Shown: positions 13,240-28,304 of the stretch, one piece after another | How positions within the stretch are numbered: position 1 is the stretch's first letter | Layout: each line of letters begins with the position of its first letter | Source: the human T2T-CHM13v2.0 reference genome, Homo sapiens | Reading direction: 5' to 3' (one strand) | DNA length: 64,000 bases | Assembly (NCBI RefSeq): GCF_009914755.1 | Contig: NC_060933.1 | Made by a program: the position numbers and the translations under genes | Notes under the pieces: model-generated | What the model saw: only the letters and a program-made list of their open reading frames with translations | Database searches by the model: none | Told to the model about the DNA's origin: nothing

Positions 13240-13821
13240 ACATAATAATTGTACATATTTATAGAGTATATGAGATATTTTGATACATGCATACAATGTG
13301 TAAGATCAAATCAAGGTAATTGGGGTATCCATCACCTCAAATATTTATCATTTCTTTATGTTGAGAACATCCTAAATCTCTTCTAGCTATTTTGAAATAT
13401 ACAATAAATTATTGATAACTATAGTCATCCCACTGTGCTCTTGAACATTAAACCATATTCCTTCTTTCTAACTGTATTTTTGTACCCATTAACCAACCTC
13501 TCTTCATCCTTTCCTTCCTGCTACCCTTCCCAGGCCCTGGCATCTATCATTGCTTCCTCCCTGAGATCAGCTTTTTAAGCTCCTACATATAGATGAGAAC
13601 ATGTGATATTTGTTTTTCTGTGCCTGACTTATTTTCACTTAATGTAATGTCCTCCAGGTCATCCATGTTGCTGCAAATAATCGGGTTTTATTCATTTTAT
13701 GGCTGAATAATATTCCATTGTGAAGATATACCACATTTTCTTTATCCATTCATCTACTGATGGACACTTAGCTTGATTCCATATCTTGGCTATTGTGAAT
13801 AGTACTAAAACATGGGAGTGC
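13240..13821 (-). mobile_element. L1MA 3' end
   Basis: taattgtacatatttat...ggggtatccatcacctcaaa...ttgattccatatcttggctattgtgaatag. Confidence 0.85.
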
Positions 13822-14815
<994 letters not shown>

Positions 14816-17201
14816 AGACACAATAATAGAATAATGGAAGCTGGCAAGTCTTTGACTAAGCCACCCATATTTGTGTAGACTTGAGGAAATCCCTGGGTGC
14901 CAACTCAAGCTTTGGTGAGACCATGTCTTCTTTCATTATTGTAACTGTAAAACTGAAGGCCCTTGCACACTTCTCGGAAGGCAACCATCCTTTTTTGTTG
15001 TGTTTTGTGGTGTTCATCTTGTTTTTTAGGTGCTGGAAAGAGATGAGAGGTAGGGAAGAATGTGAGCAGGGCCTTGAGCACTGGCTGCTGAGGGACCTAT
15101 GTGGTGGCTGAGGCTGTCATTTCCAAACAAGCCCCTGGGCTCAAAGGCTGCCAATAATGCCTATGAGCCATGGTGTGTTTCTGGTAGAGAACCTGTAAAC
15201 TCAATATTCCATCTTCAGATGTTAATCCAAATTGCCTTTTGTGATTCCAGTTTGTTCTTTGGTGAGTTTGGAAGGGCAGCCAGTTTTTCCAGGGATTCCT
15301 GGGAACCCCAGTTTAAGCTGACTTTAGAGGCTCCAAATTGCTTTAAAAGCATACATGAAGGCCACACGCCCCACTACCTTGTGATCCCTCTCCCTTTCTC
15401 ATTCTCCTACCTTCCCCCACAGCTTATGAAGTTGTTAGGATATGGAAAATGCGTCTAGTGACATCTCAAATATAGAAGTCATCTGTCCTGGAGGCTCAAA
15501 ACTTGCCTGTTAACTGCTGCTGGCAAAAAAAAAATCTTCACTGGATATTTTTTTTCTTTTAAAAGAATGATCATAAATTAAATAACTCACATAAAGATGA
15601 AAACATCTGAAATGTATTTGCCACCAAAGACAGGCAGCTTTCCTTAAAGGGAATTGAGTGTTGGAAATAAAGATTTGTAAAGTCAGAAGAGAACCGAAAG
15701 TCCATAGGTAGCCAGGACTCAACAAAATGCAGTGGGTTTTCCTTTTCTACAGGTTCGAAGACGGCAACGCTGCATTTCTTTGTTCTTTGTGGCTCCTCAT
15801 TGTCTTGTTAATCTGGACACGCAATGGCCTTCAGGAACTGGTGGGGAGCTCACTGGTCTCTAAGTTCTTCTTAACACAAAAGGACAATATTTAAAAGGCC
15901 ACCCCTCTCAAAGCCATCTCTAACAGGATTTCTGCCAATATCTGTCTCTTTCAAACAGTAAGGAGACTTAAAAACAGCAACAGCACCTCCCTAAGCCTCC
16001 CTCAGCCCTTTCTTTACAAGTTCTTTCCTTTAATGAAGGGAAATTGGCATACTATATTGTGTCAGAGTTGGCGCTTGCATAGATACAAATGGGAAGCAAA
16101 GAGCTCCTGGCTGCCCTGGTGCCAGGTGTTCGCTAATTGTAAAACTGAATAATGGATAATAACCCATCTTAGTGTGTTTATCAATGCAGTTCGCTCTCTA
16201 CGATGCAGAAGAGGTCACTGGAGACAATGTGTAGGCCTCTCATCTCTCCTATTCATTAACGAGGCACTGCTGGCTGGAATACAGGCTCCATTACCTAGAT
16301 GCAACAATGATGGGGCCCTGCATCAAATTGTAATTAGGTTTGATCAGGGCTAGGGTACAGTTGCTATAATCAGAATCACTCAGAATTCATTTTATACTTG
16401 TGAAAGGATATGAGGTGAGATTGATTTAATGGTAACCAAAGCAACCCCCTTTTCTATAACTCTCTGAGCTTATAAAAAAGCAAAAAGAGAAAGGGAAAAA
16501 TGGAGGGCAAAGGAAAACAGAGATGAGCATTTTAGTTCTATTAATTTTATTGTAACTAGTTAGGAGAAAATGTGTTACAATAAGAGCAAATATGTGATAG
16601 CAAGGTGATCACTGGGTCCTAGAAACTGCTGTGGGTCTCATTACATGCCTACAGCACATCCTGGGATACTTAATTTCCTCTCCCTTTTTGTCCATTTCGT
16701 ATGTGTTTGGAAACATCCTGATTAGAGCAAGAATTTCAATTTGCAGGAAGAAGAGGAGGAAATTCAAGCTGAGTAATATTTCCTTTCTCTAGTAAGAATC
16801 AGTTATTCAGCCTTTTACCTTTGGCCCTTTGTATATATCTCAGAACCAATGACCACTGGTTTCTATGAGAGCAAATAGAAGGTTTTGGAGACCTGTTTGT
16901 GAAATGGTTTAAGAAGTTACAGAGATGTGGGTGGTGTGGTAAAGGGACCATATCTAATTCCTCATTACTGAGTGGTTATTAAATTTTTTCAGGTTAGCCA
17001 GTTGCTGTTCTGGAACTAGAATCTCACCTTAAGGTTTGAAATAATTGGTGAAATGCGTGAATATGCATACATTTCCATTTATGTACACCATGCAGATATT
17101 GGTACACCTGATTTGCTCTATTTATGTGTGTTTGATCTCTAATATTTAGATGCCATAAATTAAATATTTGTTCTTTCTCTCCCCCCCAGGAAGATTTAAA
17201 A

Positions 17202-17202
<1 letters not shown>

Positions 17203-17242
<40 letters not shown>

Positions 17243-17268
17243 TAATATTTATATATAAATATATATAT
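17203..17268. repeat. (TA)n microsatellite / AT-rich tract
   Basis: Seen directly. Confidence 0.9.
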
Positions 17269-17356
17269 CATATCAGCTTCTAGAGTAGAAGTATCACAGT
17301 CATTTTGAGGATAAGATACTTTAAAAATATGTAGGTAATGACTTAACAGGGAGAGG

Positions 17357-17751
17357 CTTTTTTTTTCTTACATACATCTCAGGTTATTTTGTGGATAAGC
17401 AAATGACATAAAAGTATTTTGAGTCATTTAACTGAGTAGGAAGTATTGAAACAAAGTATATCTCTTCCAGATTTTAAAAAAGAAACACTCTAGCTCTTTT
17501 TTTGTTTTTTGTTTGGACACAACCTCTTGGCTACTCAAATAGTGAAACTATACATACATCTTTTTTTCTTACATACATCTCAGGTTATTTTGTGGATAAG
17601 CAAATGACATAAAAATATGAGTCATTTAACTGAGTAGGATGTATTGAAACAAAGTATATCTCTTCCAGATTTTAAAAAAGAAACACTCTAGCTCTTTTTT
17701 TGTTTTTTGCTTGGACACAACCTCTTGGCTACTCAAATAGTGAAACTATAC
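17357..17751 (+). repeat. About 200-bp tandem duplication, two copies
   Basis: 17357-17553 repeated at 17560-17751 with only a few substitutions and short indels. Confidence 0.95.
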
Positions 17752-18239
17752 TCAACTAAGAAAAGTTATAGAGGTAATATTGGCACATATTATTGCATAT
17801 CTGACTACCTAGAAATTTCATGTGTAAATTTAGATTTTATGTCACATGTTAATTAGGATGTCTGAGATTTGATTAAAGCATCAAATTTAGCTAAAATTGA
17901 TTTTACCTCTTTTGGAGCTGGAGATTTTACAAAACTTTAAAAATAGACTTCAAATTTATTGCTTTGCTGTTTTTCTTTTTCTTCTTGTTTGTTTCAGTCA
18001 AAGACAATGTGAGTAAATGAATGTGAAGTTGTGGAGATGGAATTAAGACAGTTAGGAAGTGGAAGGGTGACTCTAACGGCAATCTTCATGCTGTAGTTTT
18101 ATAGATTTTCTTGACTTTTCTCCCATTATTCTAGTGTATAAAGAGTATATGGAAGAAACAGTGGGGACGTTAAAGTTTAAATGGACTCAGATAGATGTAC
18201 ATCTCATGTTGTATTTTGAAAAATAGTGACCAAGGTATG

Positions 18240-18820
18240 TGTGCTGAAAGGCATAGCCGGCCTGATACTGCTGGCCTTAGAAAAGCCTGTTTGCAAAGTT
18301 GGTCCTTGGCTGGTGTCTGGGAACTGGGTTAGTAAAAACTTCCCTACACTGATGCAAAACTTTCCTTAAATGATAAGATTGACTTACTATACAAACAATG
18401 TGGTTTATGCTGGATACCTGCCTTCCTTCTGGGAACATGAAATGTCAGGGATTGCAGTTAGTCATATGGGTCCTATGTGCCTGTGTGACCAATCTTTGAT
18501 AAAAACTCTGTTCTTTTAGGCTCAGGTATGTGTTCCTGGTAGACAGTGCATGCCACAGGGTATTGCTGGAAGAAATAAGCATGTCCTGTGCAATGCCACC
18601 AGGAGACGGTTCTTGGAAGCTTGTTCCTGGTTTCCTCCAGACTTCATCCATTAGCCTTTTCCCTTTGCTGATTTTGCTGTAATAAATCTTAGCCATGAGT
18701 ACAAATATATGCTGAGTCCTGTGAGTCCTAAAGGACTGGTGTCCTTGGCTTTATTCAATAAAATAATAAGATCATAAGCAAGTCATTGAACTTGGGGGTG
18801 GCCTAGGGAACCCTGACACA
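18240..18820 (+). mobile_element. MER21-family LTR
   Basis: ccttggctggtgtctgggaac...ttttccctttgctgattttgct...aataaatcttagccatgagtac...gggaaccctgacaca; homologous to the 41590-42510 element. Confidence 0.75.
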
Positions 18821-19549
18821 GTAAGAATGTAGGTTTTGAGTTGTTCAGTTATTAACTCTGTCCACATCCCCCAAAACAGATGACTCAGTAAAATACTGAA
18901 AATTCTTATGCCCAGTGTTGTTGCTCAATTTGGAGAGGAAGGATTCGGCTGAAGGCTCTGAACAAGCAGACCAGGGGGATTTATACATGCCAGGCTCTCT
19001 AAAGGACTAAGAGCAGGTGTGAATATCTGTGTCTGTGTGTGGTTGGGGAGGTGCTTCGAAAACCGTAAGTGAGGTTCTATCCTCTAACCTCTTCTAGGAC
19101 CCCCTCACCCAACTATTAAATACCAAGCTCCCAAATCACAAATAGCTTATGTTCCCTCTTTGGATTGGAAGAATAGGACTTGCTACTGAGGAGAGATATG
19201 TCAGTGAAATGGGGAACATCAGGAACAGGGGCTGATTCTCTCTGACAGAGTCTAGGTTCTAACGCTTCGTGTCAAACCGGAAATCCATCTGAAGCAGAAG
19301 GATATTCCCCTATGGAAATAGAACATGTCCCCACTTAGGTGGAGCAAGGCCTGGGACTGTATATCAAATCAAATGTTGGAAGAGAGAAAATAATTCAGAT
19401 CCCCCCCAAAAAAGCTGCACATAGATCCAGCTGGCCATTCACCTCCACTCCCAGGAGAGCAGGTAACAGAAACATGGACACAGTCTCCTCAAACTCTAGC
19501 TCAGAGGTGAACACAATGTGGTCTCCAATACAATGGGAAGAGAGCTGAT

Positions 19550-20850
19550 AAGAATTTACCCACACCACATCAGAGCAAGCCCTGGGCAAACATACCACGC
19601 TCCCCCCAAAATAAGAGAGGATGAAAGGAATATAACATTGAACACCCAGAGAATCGAGTCTGTAAGAAACCATAGCTCACGGAATAGAGAGATTTATTCA
19701 ATAAAAGAGCTTAATAAGATCACAAATTCAACAAAACAAGAACTCAGAAATGAGATGCTGGGACATTAGAACAGGAAGAAGAAGAAGTGATGGAAAACCT
19801 AAAGAAAGAAACTGAAGAACAAATCAATACCATTATAGACCTGACACTTACATCTGATGTATCAGGGAATAGAACAGACACGGCAATAAACTGAATTACC
19901 GACAGAGAAAGGGCCTGAAATAATCACAATGCTTGCAGAGGAAAACAAGAGTGAAACATTTAAGAGAAATTAGATACATATTGAAGGCAGACAAAGATAA
20001 TCAAACATTTAAGAATAATTGGTGGACTTAGAGGACACAGCCCAACAAATGAAGTGTGCAGACTCTTCAAAGACATAAGAGGAAGAAAGTTTCCTGAACA
20101 AGGTTCAAAGAAAAATGGCTACAGAGTGGCTGACACTGAACTATGTCTTAGTTAAGTTGTCTGCTTCAAGGATGGAGAATAAATTGCTCATGGATCCAGG
20201 TAGAAAATGCAAGTCATTTACAAGGAAGAGAAAAATCAGGCCAGAGATGTTTCCACAGCAACACTGCATTCCAGAAAAAAATCTGTTGTAATGTCTAAGA
20301 AAGAATTGTGAACCCCCAAAATGTTATACTGAGGCAAGTTATCATTCAAGTGTAATGGCCAAAGATTTTTTCAGAGACAGAAGAACTGAATTCTACTTGA
20401 AGAAGTATGTGACGATGAAATCTAGCCATGGAAGATGTAAATATGGGAACCCAGCAAAAGAACAGCCATAGCGAAGGGCCTGGTGAACTTGGAATCCATT
20501 TAATCACAGAATGACATTAAACAAATATGGGAATTATGGTTATAAAGATGGATGTAAATGTTATAATCTTGATCATAGAGAAATAGTCTGAAAAAAATGA
20601 GAAATGGGAAGTGTAAGAGTAATCACTTTTTTTAACACTCATTGCTGAGGCAATTGATATTTTCTATGGGATTCACTTTTATTTAAAAAAAAATGAAGCG
20701 TCTGATGTTTTGGGTCTTTTTGTATTTTTTCTCTTTAAGCTTTTAGTAAATAATTTTCCTGTGGCTAAAAAAATCCCCTTCAGTTTTAATTTAATTTTTT
20801 CTGATTAACTGAAGAAAATTTTAAGTTAATATTTTAAATAAATAGCATCT
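19550..20850 (+). mobile_element. HAL1-like (ORF1-only L1 relative) fragment
   Basis: A-rich degenerate ORF1-like region followed by gaatccatttaa...gggaattatggtta...tgtaaatgttataa, recalled from HAL1. Confidence 0.55.
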
Positions 20851-20851
20851 A

Positions 20852-21170
20852 GGCTGGGTGTGGTGGCTCACACTTGTAATCTCAGCACGTTGGGAGACTG
20901 AGGTGGGTGAATCGTTTGAGGCCAGGAGTTCAAGACCAGCCTGGAAAACATGGTGAAACCCCGTCTCTACTAAAAATACAAAAATTAGCCGGGTGTGGTG
21001 ACATGTGCTTGTATTCCCAGCTTCTTGGGAGGCTGAGGCACAAGAATCACTTGAACCCACCAGGTGAAGGTTGCAGTGAGCCTCGAGATCATGCCACTGT
21101 ACTCCAGCCTGGGTGGTAGTGTGAGACTCTGTCTCCAAAAATAAATAAATAAAATAAATAAATAAATAAA
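20852..21170 (+). mobile_element. Alu (J/S)
   Basis: Full dimer with (AAAT)n tail; TSD aaataaatagcat / aaataaatggcat. Confidence 0.9.
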
Positions 21171-21246
21171 TGGCATTTCTATTATGACTTCATTTGTGTG
21201 AAATTATGTCCATTTAGGCATTCATACATTCTTCTACTAATACACA

Positions 21247-21270
21247 AACACACACACACACACACACACA
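21247..21270. repeat. (CA)n microsatellite
   Basis: Seen directly. Confidence 0.85.
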
Positions 21271-22529
21271 GAATAATACTCACCAAATGTTAGTTTTTTC
21301 TGAATGGTAAGTTTTTTTGTTGACTTTTTAAAAACTCATCTTACTTGAATTTATTACAATGAGCAGATTTCTTTATTATCAAACACTTAAGACATTAAAA
21401 ACATTATGGAGAATAATTTGATGAATTCCTGTGTATCCACTACCCAACTTAAGGAAACACATGCATTACAAAAAAAACCTTTGGAGTTTATTATTTTTGT
21501 ATGTGTGTATGTCTTTTTTTTATGGAGTAACTTTTCTTCTGAAATAAGTTTCTTCTCAATTTCCTTCCTTTTGTAAAGAGTCTTAGAGTTAGATTAACAG
21601 AATAAAGGTAATAAGAAATGAAAAAGCTTTATTCTCTGCTAGTGGGAGGATTAGAATAAAAAGGAGAAAACTCCTGTATTCTGACAGCAGCAGAGGAAAA
21701 CCTTTGGAATGGGTTCTTTTGGTTGATCCTAAATTCAGATGCTTGTCCTCACTGATTGTAAATGATCCAGGGTTAGAGTTTATGGTCAAGTGAAAGAACA
21801 CAGGACATATCTGAAACATTAAGTCTTCATGGCTAACATGGCATTTCCAAAGTAAAAGGCTCAGTTAATTTCTCTTTCTTTCTTGGCCCTCTTCCTTATG
21901 GCAGCAAAGAGGGCTATAGGACAAGATATGGTGCTGTTTGTCATTCTCTGGCATTTACTGAAAAGTTGGCCATCCTAGACTTGGGACGCCTTTCTGTGTT
22001 CTGAATATCATGTACACAATTCCAGGTCTGGACTTGAAATTTGTTGGTGAGCTTTTGGTTACCTGTTCAGTTCACCTGTTTGTTTCTGGAGCACCCTCTG
22101 AGTAGATAATCCTATTACCATTTCTTTTAGCAAATTGAGAGACATGAGTTCAAGTAGATATATAAATAGTAGCTCTCCTCTCATGAACTCACCCAAACAT
22201 CTATTTGTTTGTTCACTCAGCAAATATTTACAATCCAGAATGGAAAGTGAAGACCTGGAAAAAGCATGTTTCATTTAATCAAGACGTGAGAATTAGAATC
22301 TCATTTTAAAAAATTATCATCCTCTGAAAGGACTGGACTTTTTTTTATATCATTTAAAAAATTTCATCCAACAAACACTTTACCAGTTCTCACTGATATT
22401 CTGGAGGTGAGGTACCCTACTGATTTCTCTGTCTAGATTCAACCAGAAGTGGAATTCTTGTGTCTGGGCAGTTTCCTTGTATAACCTCAGATTACAGTTG
22501 TGCCCTTGCCTGGCGGTAGTGTCATACAA

Positions 22530-23268
22530 AGGGGCATAGCTGTGGGAGCACTTTGCCTCAGGTACAGACAATGAGCAGGCACATGGTTTATGAAGAACTT
22601 AAAAGCAATACAAAATCAACTAAAATTTGGTCTGCTTTTTATTATTACCATATGCTGGCAATTATAAACAATGTCAAAGATAACATACTCCTACATACAC
22701 AAACACACACAATTTGTTGCACTAAGTTCTAAACAATTGCAGCAGTTAATGTTGAATGAGGGAGCCATACGCTTATCCATTGTGGGGCAGATATATTTAC
22801 AACTTTAACTACTTTTGAGTAAAAGCATTTGTATAGGAAAATGCCCATTTTTGGTGGGAAAGCTTGTTGCCCATGCTTAACCACAGAAAATAGATTTCTA
22901 TTCAATTCTATTAAAAGGTAGGCTGAGGAGTCCTTTACAGAGATTCATTTCACACATCACAGAATTTTTATTTGCACTTTAAACAGTGAAATGGAGTGGT
23001 GAACTGTGAGGTGTAATGTTTTTGTTTGACAAATGCAAATTTTATTTCATACATGAAATATTTTATGGAATTTTAAATATAGTATCTTTAAAATTAAAAT
23101 ATCTTTAATTTTAAAAGATATCTTTAAAGTTAAAAAAATTTTTAAAAGTTAAAACTAAATAGCCCACTCCAGAAAATAGTGATTATTACAGAAAATAATC
23201 TTATATAGAGGCAGAGGCTGTTAAAAAATGATCTAACTGGTGTCCAGTTCACAAGAGAAGCCACTGCC
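22530..23268 (+). mobile_element. hAT-Tip100 DNA transposon relic, Arthur1/MER69-like
   Basis: ggtctgctttttattattaccat...ggcaattataaacaatgtca...taagttctaaacaattgc resemble recalled Arthur1 consensus. Confidence 0.55.
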
Positions 23269-26200
23269 TGGTAGTTTCGTTTAATACTTTGGTGGTCAGA
23301 CTTCTACCTAATGGAGAGTGTGGCTCTTACATAATTGGCTGCAGTTTTTTTTCTATTTTCTGCCCTTCTTCTCTTAGATATTTTTATACTGCGTCACGAG
23401 ATAAAGAGAAATGCATTATATTTTCAAGGTCTTTTATTTAATCCCACTTCTGAGTGAATGAAAATTGCTGCAGAATGCCCATGACAGCAATTTACATCTT
23501 TTCCAAGTTTATTATTCACTTAATTATGGACAGGGGTAAAATAAAAGAACGGTGCCAGGAAAAGAACCATTTCAAATCTTTTCATGCCTGGTTTGGATGA
23601 AGCTTGGAATGTTTGTGCCGAACTTATAAGTTCACTTTACAAACCAAACCAAGCAAAGGATGTTGATTCCAAAGGCAAAGTGATGTTGAGAGGTGCTCAG
23701 GAGAGAGAGGAACCTGGGCATGGGGTAGCAGTGGGACACACACACCTCCCTTCCTCTAACCTACACGTCTGCAAAGAAAACCCAAGAGCTAAAGGAAAAC
23801 CACCATCTCTACCCCAAGACAGCCTCAAGATAAGCAGACTTTGGTGACAAAAGGGCATGAAGCCATTGTTAAAATAGAATCCCACCTGTGCAAAAAACAC
23901 AGGAGTAGCTCCACTTTCAGGACTGTCAACAAAAGAAGAACACATTTCACCATAAGGACAAAAAGATTCCTCAGCACATGGTCAGATGAGTAAAATTCCA
24001 TTCTATGCATAAAACACAAAGAAATTTACCAGCACCATTGTGCATTTTGAAGATTAAAAGTTGTTGGTGGGGTGGAGGGAACACATGTATTCACAGAGTT
24101 TAAAAATAAATGTAGTGGAAGCTCTTTTCTCTGAGCCACTGGGACCAATAAATGAAAAAAGCTGGTTCAATTTGGCTGTCATGGAATGATCTATACTTGC
24201 CTTAAATAGGTTAACATAAAATGCATACATGAATGGCAATTTACCAGTCTTTTGATGTAAGACCAAGGCTTTTGCTTTGAATTCGGATCTGTGGATTGGA
24301 AATTCCCCTACATTTTCTATAATTTCCTGGCTTTGTTTCTTTACAATAGGGTGTTTAAAGACACTAAGAAAACAGACTGAATGCAGACTCTTACTAGATC
24401 CCTGTGAATTCTTCTAATTTAAAAAATAGCAATTTAATTTTTTAAGGCATCCGATTTAGTTTATGTGAGAACTTTTTCCTTTTGCACCAATTTTCATGAG
24501 TTTACATATATTTTAAAATTTGGTTACATAATTACAATAGTACTGGCATAAATAGGTCCATATGACCAATCCTTGGTAAATGTAAAACTCAATTGGCTGG
24601 AGCCACGTAGATTCAGTGTGCTGTGGGCACCCGTCAGGATGTTTTTCTAAGAAAATAGAGAGGCTTCTTTATTTGCAGACTTGGAACTATATTAAGAGAA
24701 CTTCTACTGTAAAAAGTGAAACTACAAAATTAATTATAGATGGATTGGGTCATGGAAAAGTGAATTTTCTAGATAATTGAATAATTAAAATTATTCCAAA
24801 CTGGCTGTTGAAGGACAGCTTCCTATAATAATGTATTACATCTTAGAAAAAAAACAATAAAATAAACACATAACTCAATAAGCTGACACTCCAGTAAGCA
24901 ATAATGAGTGCCACTGGGGATGTCTGGTGAGCACTGTGTCTTTTCAATGGATTCCCCCAGCTGCCTTGCTGGTCTAGTTTGTCCTTCCCTCCTCCCTCAT
25001 GGGTTGTATTTCCCTACCTTCCCATACACTTCTCTCCCTAAGGTCTTATCTAACCATCATTCTCTTCAAGTTGCCATTTCCATTCCCTACTTCCCAGCTA
25101 TGCACCTTTCTGTTCCATTTGGTTGACTTTTATTTTTTTCTTCTTTCCAGCACATGGCTTTCAGTTTTCCTGCCTCTGCTGGAGTTGTCAGGGTTGGAGC
25201 CAGGAGGGCTTTACTTTTTCCTTTTCTTCTACCAGGTTAGCCCGGTTGGTTTATGACATCTCCTCATTTTCAACTCTCCTCATCTCTTTTCATGTGGCTT
25301 TGTTGGGGTTGGATGGCTGAGGTTGGCTGGACTGATGGTTACAAAAGAATATGTGAGAGTATTGAGGGAGTGACTAAATCCCTCAGGGATAAGAGAGGGA
25401 ACAGGACCTTCCAGAAGGTTGTGCTCTTATTGTCTCAGACTTTGTATATACATGTTTATTTCTGTAAATTGCTTTCTCCATTTGGACAAACTACAATAAC
25501 CAGAGTAAAAAGCTACCAGGAATGAGTTCTGTTCAAAATTACAGAGATGGACATTGGAGTCTCAGTGAGTTTGCTTGAGAGTTCTCGGAATAATATGAAA
25601 ATAGCTTTAAAAGGGACAACAGGAGAGTATGCAGAGTGGAGCTGCTTCTTTTTTTTTTGATGCCGAAATTGGTTTAGATAGAATGAAACTGTCTCTCTTA
25701 AGATTCGAAAAATAAAAGCCAAAACAACCCACTCATCTCTCAAATCCCGGTTGAGCTAAAGCTACAAATCACATTCATTTGTAGGATACGGTTGAGAGAT
25801 GACTCTCGAGTAATGAAGGCTCATAAGCCTGGGCTGTAGTTAGTGTAAGAGGTAAACAGGGGCCTTCTTGTTTTCACTCTTTTGGAAGCTCTAATTCATT
25901 TCTAATTACTATCTCCTGGAAAAACACCGTGTTGTCATTGCCTTTTAAATTTCTTTCTCTTTTCAGAGAAAACACATATTTTAGGTCATTAAGAAAAACC
26001 TTGTCTTAATTTGGATGATGTTTTTATTCTACAAAATAGAATTATTATCTTGTTCGAGGCACAATTTGGTAAGAAGAAGAGGCTGCATGCATTTTAATTT
26101 GGCAATGAATTAACAATAATAAAGAGGATATGACTTTTCCACTGTTACACAGTTCAGATCTACATGCTTATGTAGGTCAGAGAAGAAGCATCCTTGCTAT

Positions 26201-27197
26201 TTGAATTTTTACAGGGAATTGGTCAGGAGGAAAAAATAATGGCATGTGAAATATCAAAACCTTTCCTTAATTTTCAACTCAATAACGTGTTTTGCAATTT
26301 TAAAAGTCCATGAAGAAGAAGAAAAAGAAAAAGAAGGCTTTACAATTAGTAGGTGTGAAAAAGAAAAACCAATATTGTTTTGTATAGACAAGGAAGCAGA
26401 ATGTGGCAAAAATTAGCTTTTGTTGTTTTTCATATTATGAAATATTCCCCAACACATATGAAAGTGTAAGTAGGCAAAAATTTTTTTCTCACTCATAAGC
26501 TGAGGTTACCTTGGTTATTTTTTTGAACAACTTAGTCTGTTCTTATGGTAATTTGGGGAAACGTATGAATTGATGGGATAAACTTTTCCTTGAGATTGTG
26601 AATGAAAATGGGCTCAATGGAGTGCCATGGTCTTCCTCAGTGCATAGCAGATTCTGAAGACATCACATACACAAATTGTCCACCACTTCTAGTTCCAAGA
26701 GAAGGTGTGAGAAAAAGGGGTGAAGGGACCAGCATTGCCTGGCAAGATGGTTGGGGGAGTAATCAGCTGGGGAGACCACCTTAGTCTGGATACAGACGAG
26801 AGAGGGGACCAGAGAGGTCTCAGACTTTGCCATTTTACTTCTTGATTTACTAATGGGCTCCAAGTGTGAACTGTAATGTAGAGAGTCAGGAAGAAGGTAG
26901 GTCTTAAATCTTGTTAAAAAATGGATACATTCTTAAATGCTTCAGCTTGTAGAGAAGAGAGAAGAAATTTTGATTATTCCTTATGCCTCTATTAAAATAC
27001 CTGGGAAAACCATTTACTCAATTGATTTTTACCAGCTGCATTTTTGTATGACATAGGTAAACTATATTTGTTTTAACAAGTAAAGACCAAAAATGCTGAT
27101 CGCAAAAAGAAAAATACATTATTCACAATTCTACCTCTAATAGACGGGTACTGTTGTGTGTACTCGTATACACACGTATAATATAAAATATTATATT

Positions 27198-27238
27198 TGT
27201 GTGTGTGTGTGTATGTGCGTGTGTGTGTGCGTGTGTGT
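27198..27238. repeat. (TG)n microsatellite
   Basis: Seen directly. Confidence 0.85.
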
Positions 27239-27513
27239 ATTCTTTCATTTGGCAAACCAAAAAAAAAAAAAGAGAGATTCTTAATATTGTCTCTTTAAAA
27301 GAGATTTTACATTAAAATATCCAAATAAAAGAGATATAAAATTCATAGAGGCAAGGCCCTGCTGTAAACCTGTAGTTACAGAGCAAAGAAACAAGCTTTT
27401 CCAGGACTAGCTTTTAACTAACACCTTTCCTGAAAACTTCCCTATTTTTTCTGTTCTTCTGGGGAAAAATAAGGAACCTGGAAAATTAAAGGCCCAATCA
27501 TCCATCTAGTTGA

Positions 27514-27688
27514 GAGGCTCTCAAAGTGTGGTCAGGGGACCAGTAGTATCACAGGGGACTTGTCAAATGCAGATTGTTGGACTCCACCTCAGACCTGAAT
27601 TGAACATTCTGTGGGTGGGGCCCAGCAAGCTGTGTTTTAACGGGCCTTCCGGGTGACTCTTATGTACATGCAAGTTTGAAAACCATGG
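27514..27688 (-). mobile_element. MER5A
   Basis: ctctcaaagtgtggtc...ggtggggcccagcaagctgtgttttaac...aagtttgaaaacca. Confidence 0.8.
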
Positions 27689-28304
27689 CCCCTTGAGAAA
27701 TTCTAGAATGGGGTCTGGGAATTATGACTTAGGGGAGCACACAGGGGCTCTGGTAGCCTGTGGTTTGGCTCCAAACATACAAGGGGACGACTCTGTCAGT
27801 GTCTGAGTGGAGTTTCCAAGAAGAGTCTAAAGAAATAAGCAGCTGTTTACTCTGGAGATCAAGTGGCTCAGAGAATCGGGAACATGTAATTTAAGACCAG
27901 AAAGAGCAGTTTGTGTGGAGCTATGTCCTAAAGACCAAATTAGGGCTAATGAATATATTGAAGAAGATTAATTACATTAGTCATAATGATTCAAACACTG
28001 CCGACTCTCCTATTTTGTTTGAACTAATTTCTTCTGTCTTTATTAGAACAATTAATGGCTGCCAAAAATAATATTGTATTTGTATTTCCTTAAGCATATT
28101 TGAATATGTCATCATCTTACACCAGAAGCAAAGCACAGTGAATGTTTATTTTTTAAAATATGAAAACACTTGTTTTCAAGCCATAAAAATGTGACTTAAT
28201 TAAGCCAAGATTCAGACTTTGCAATTAAAATATAGAGAATTTATAAATTTGTTAATTTATTCTTTCTGTCTATGATTATAAAAATTATTTTCTGTTCCCA
28301 AATT

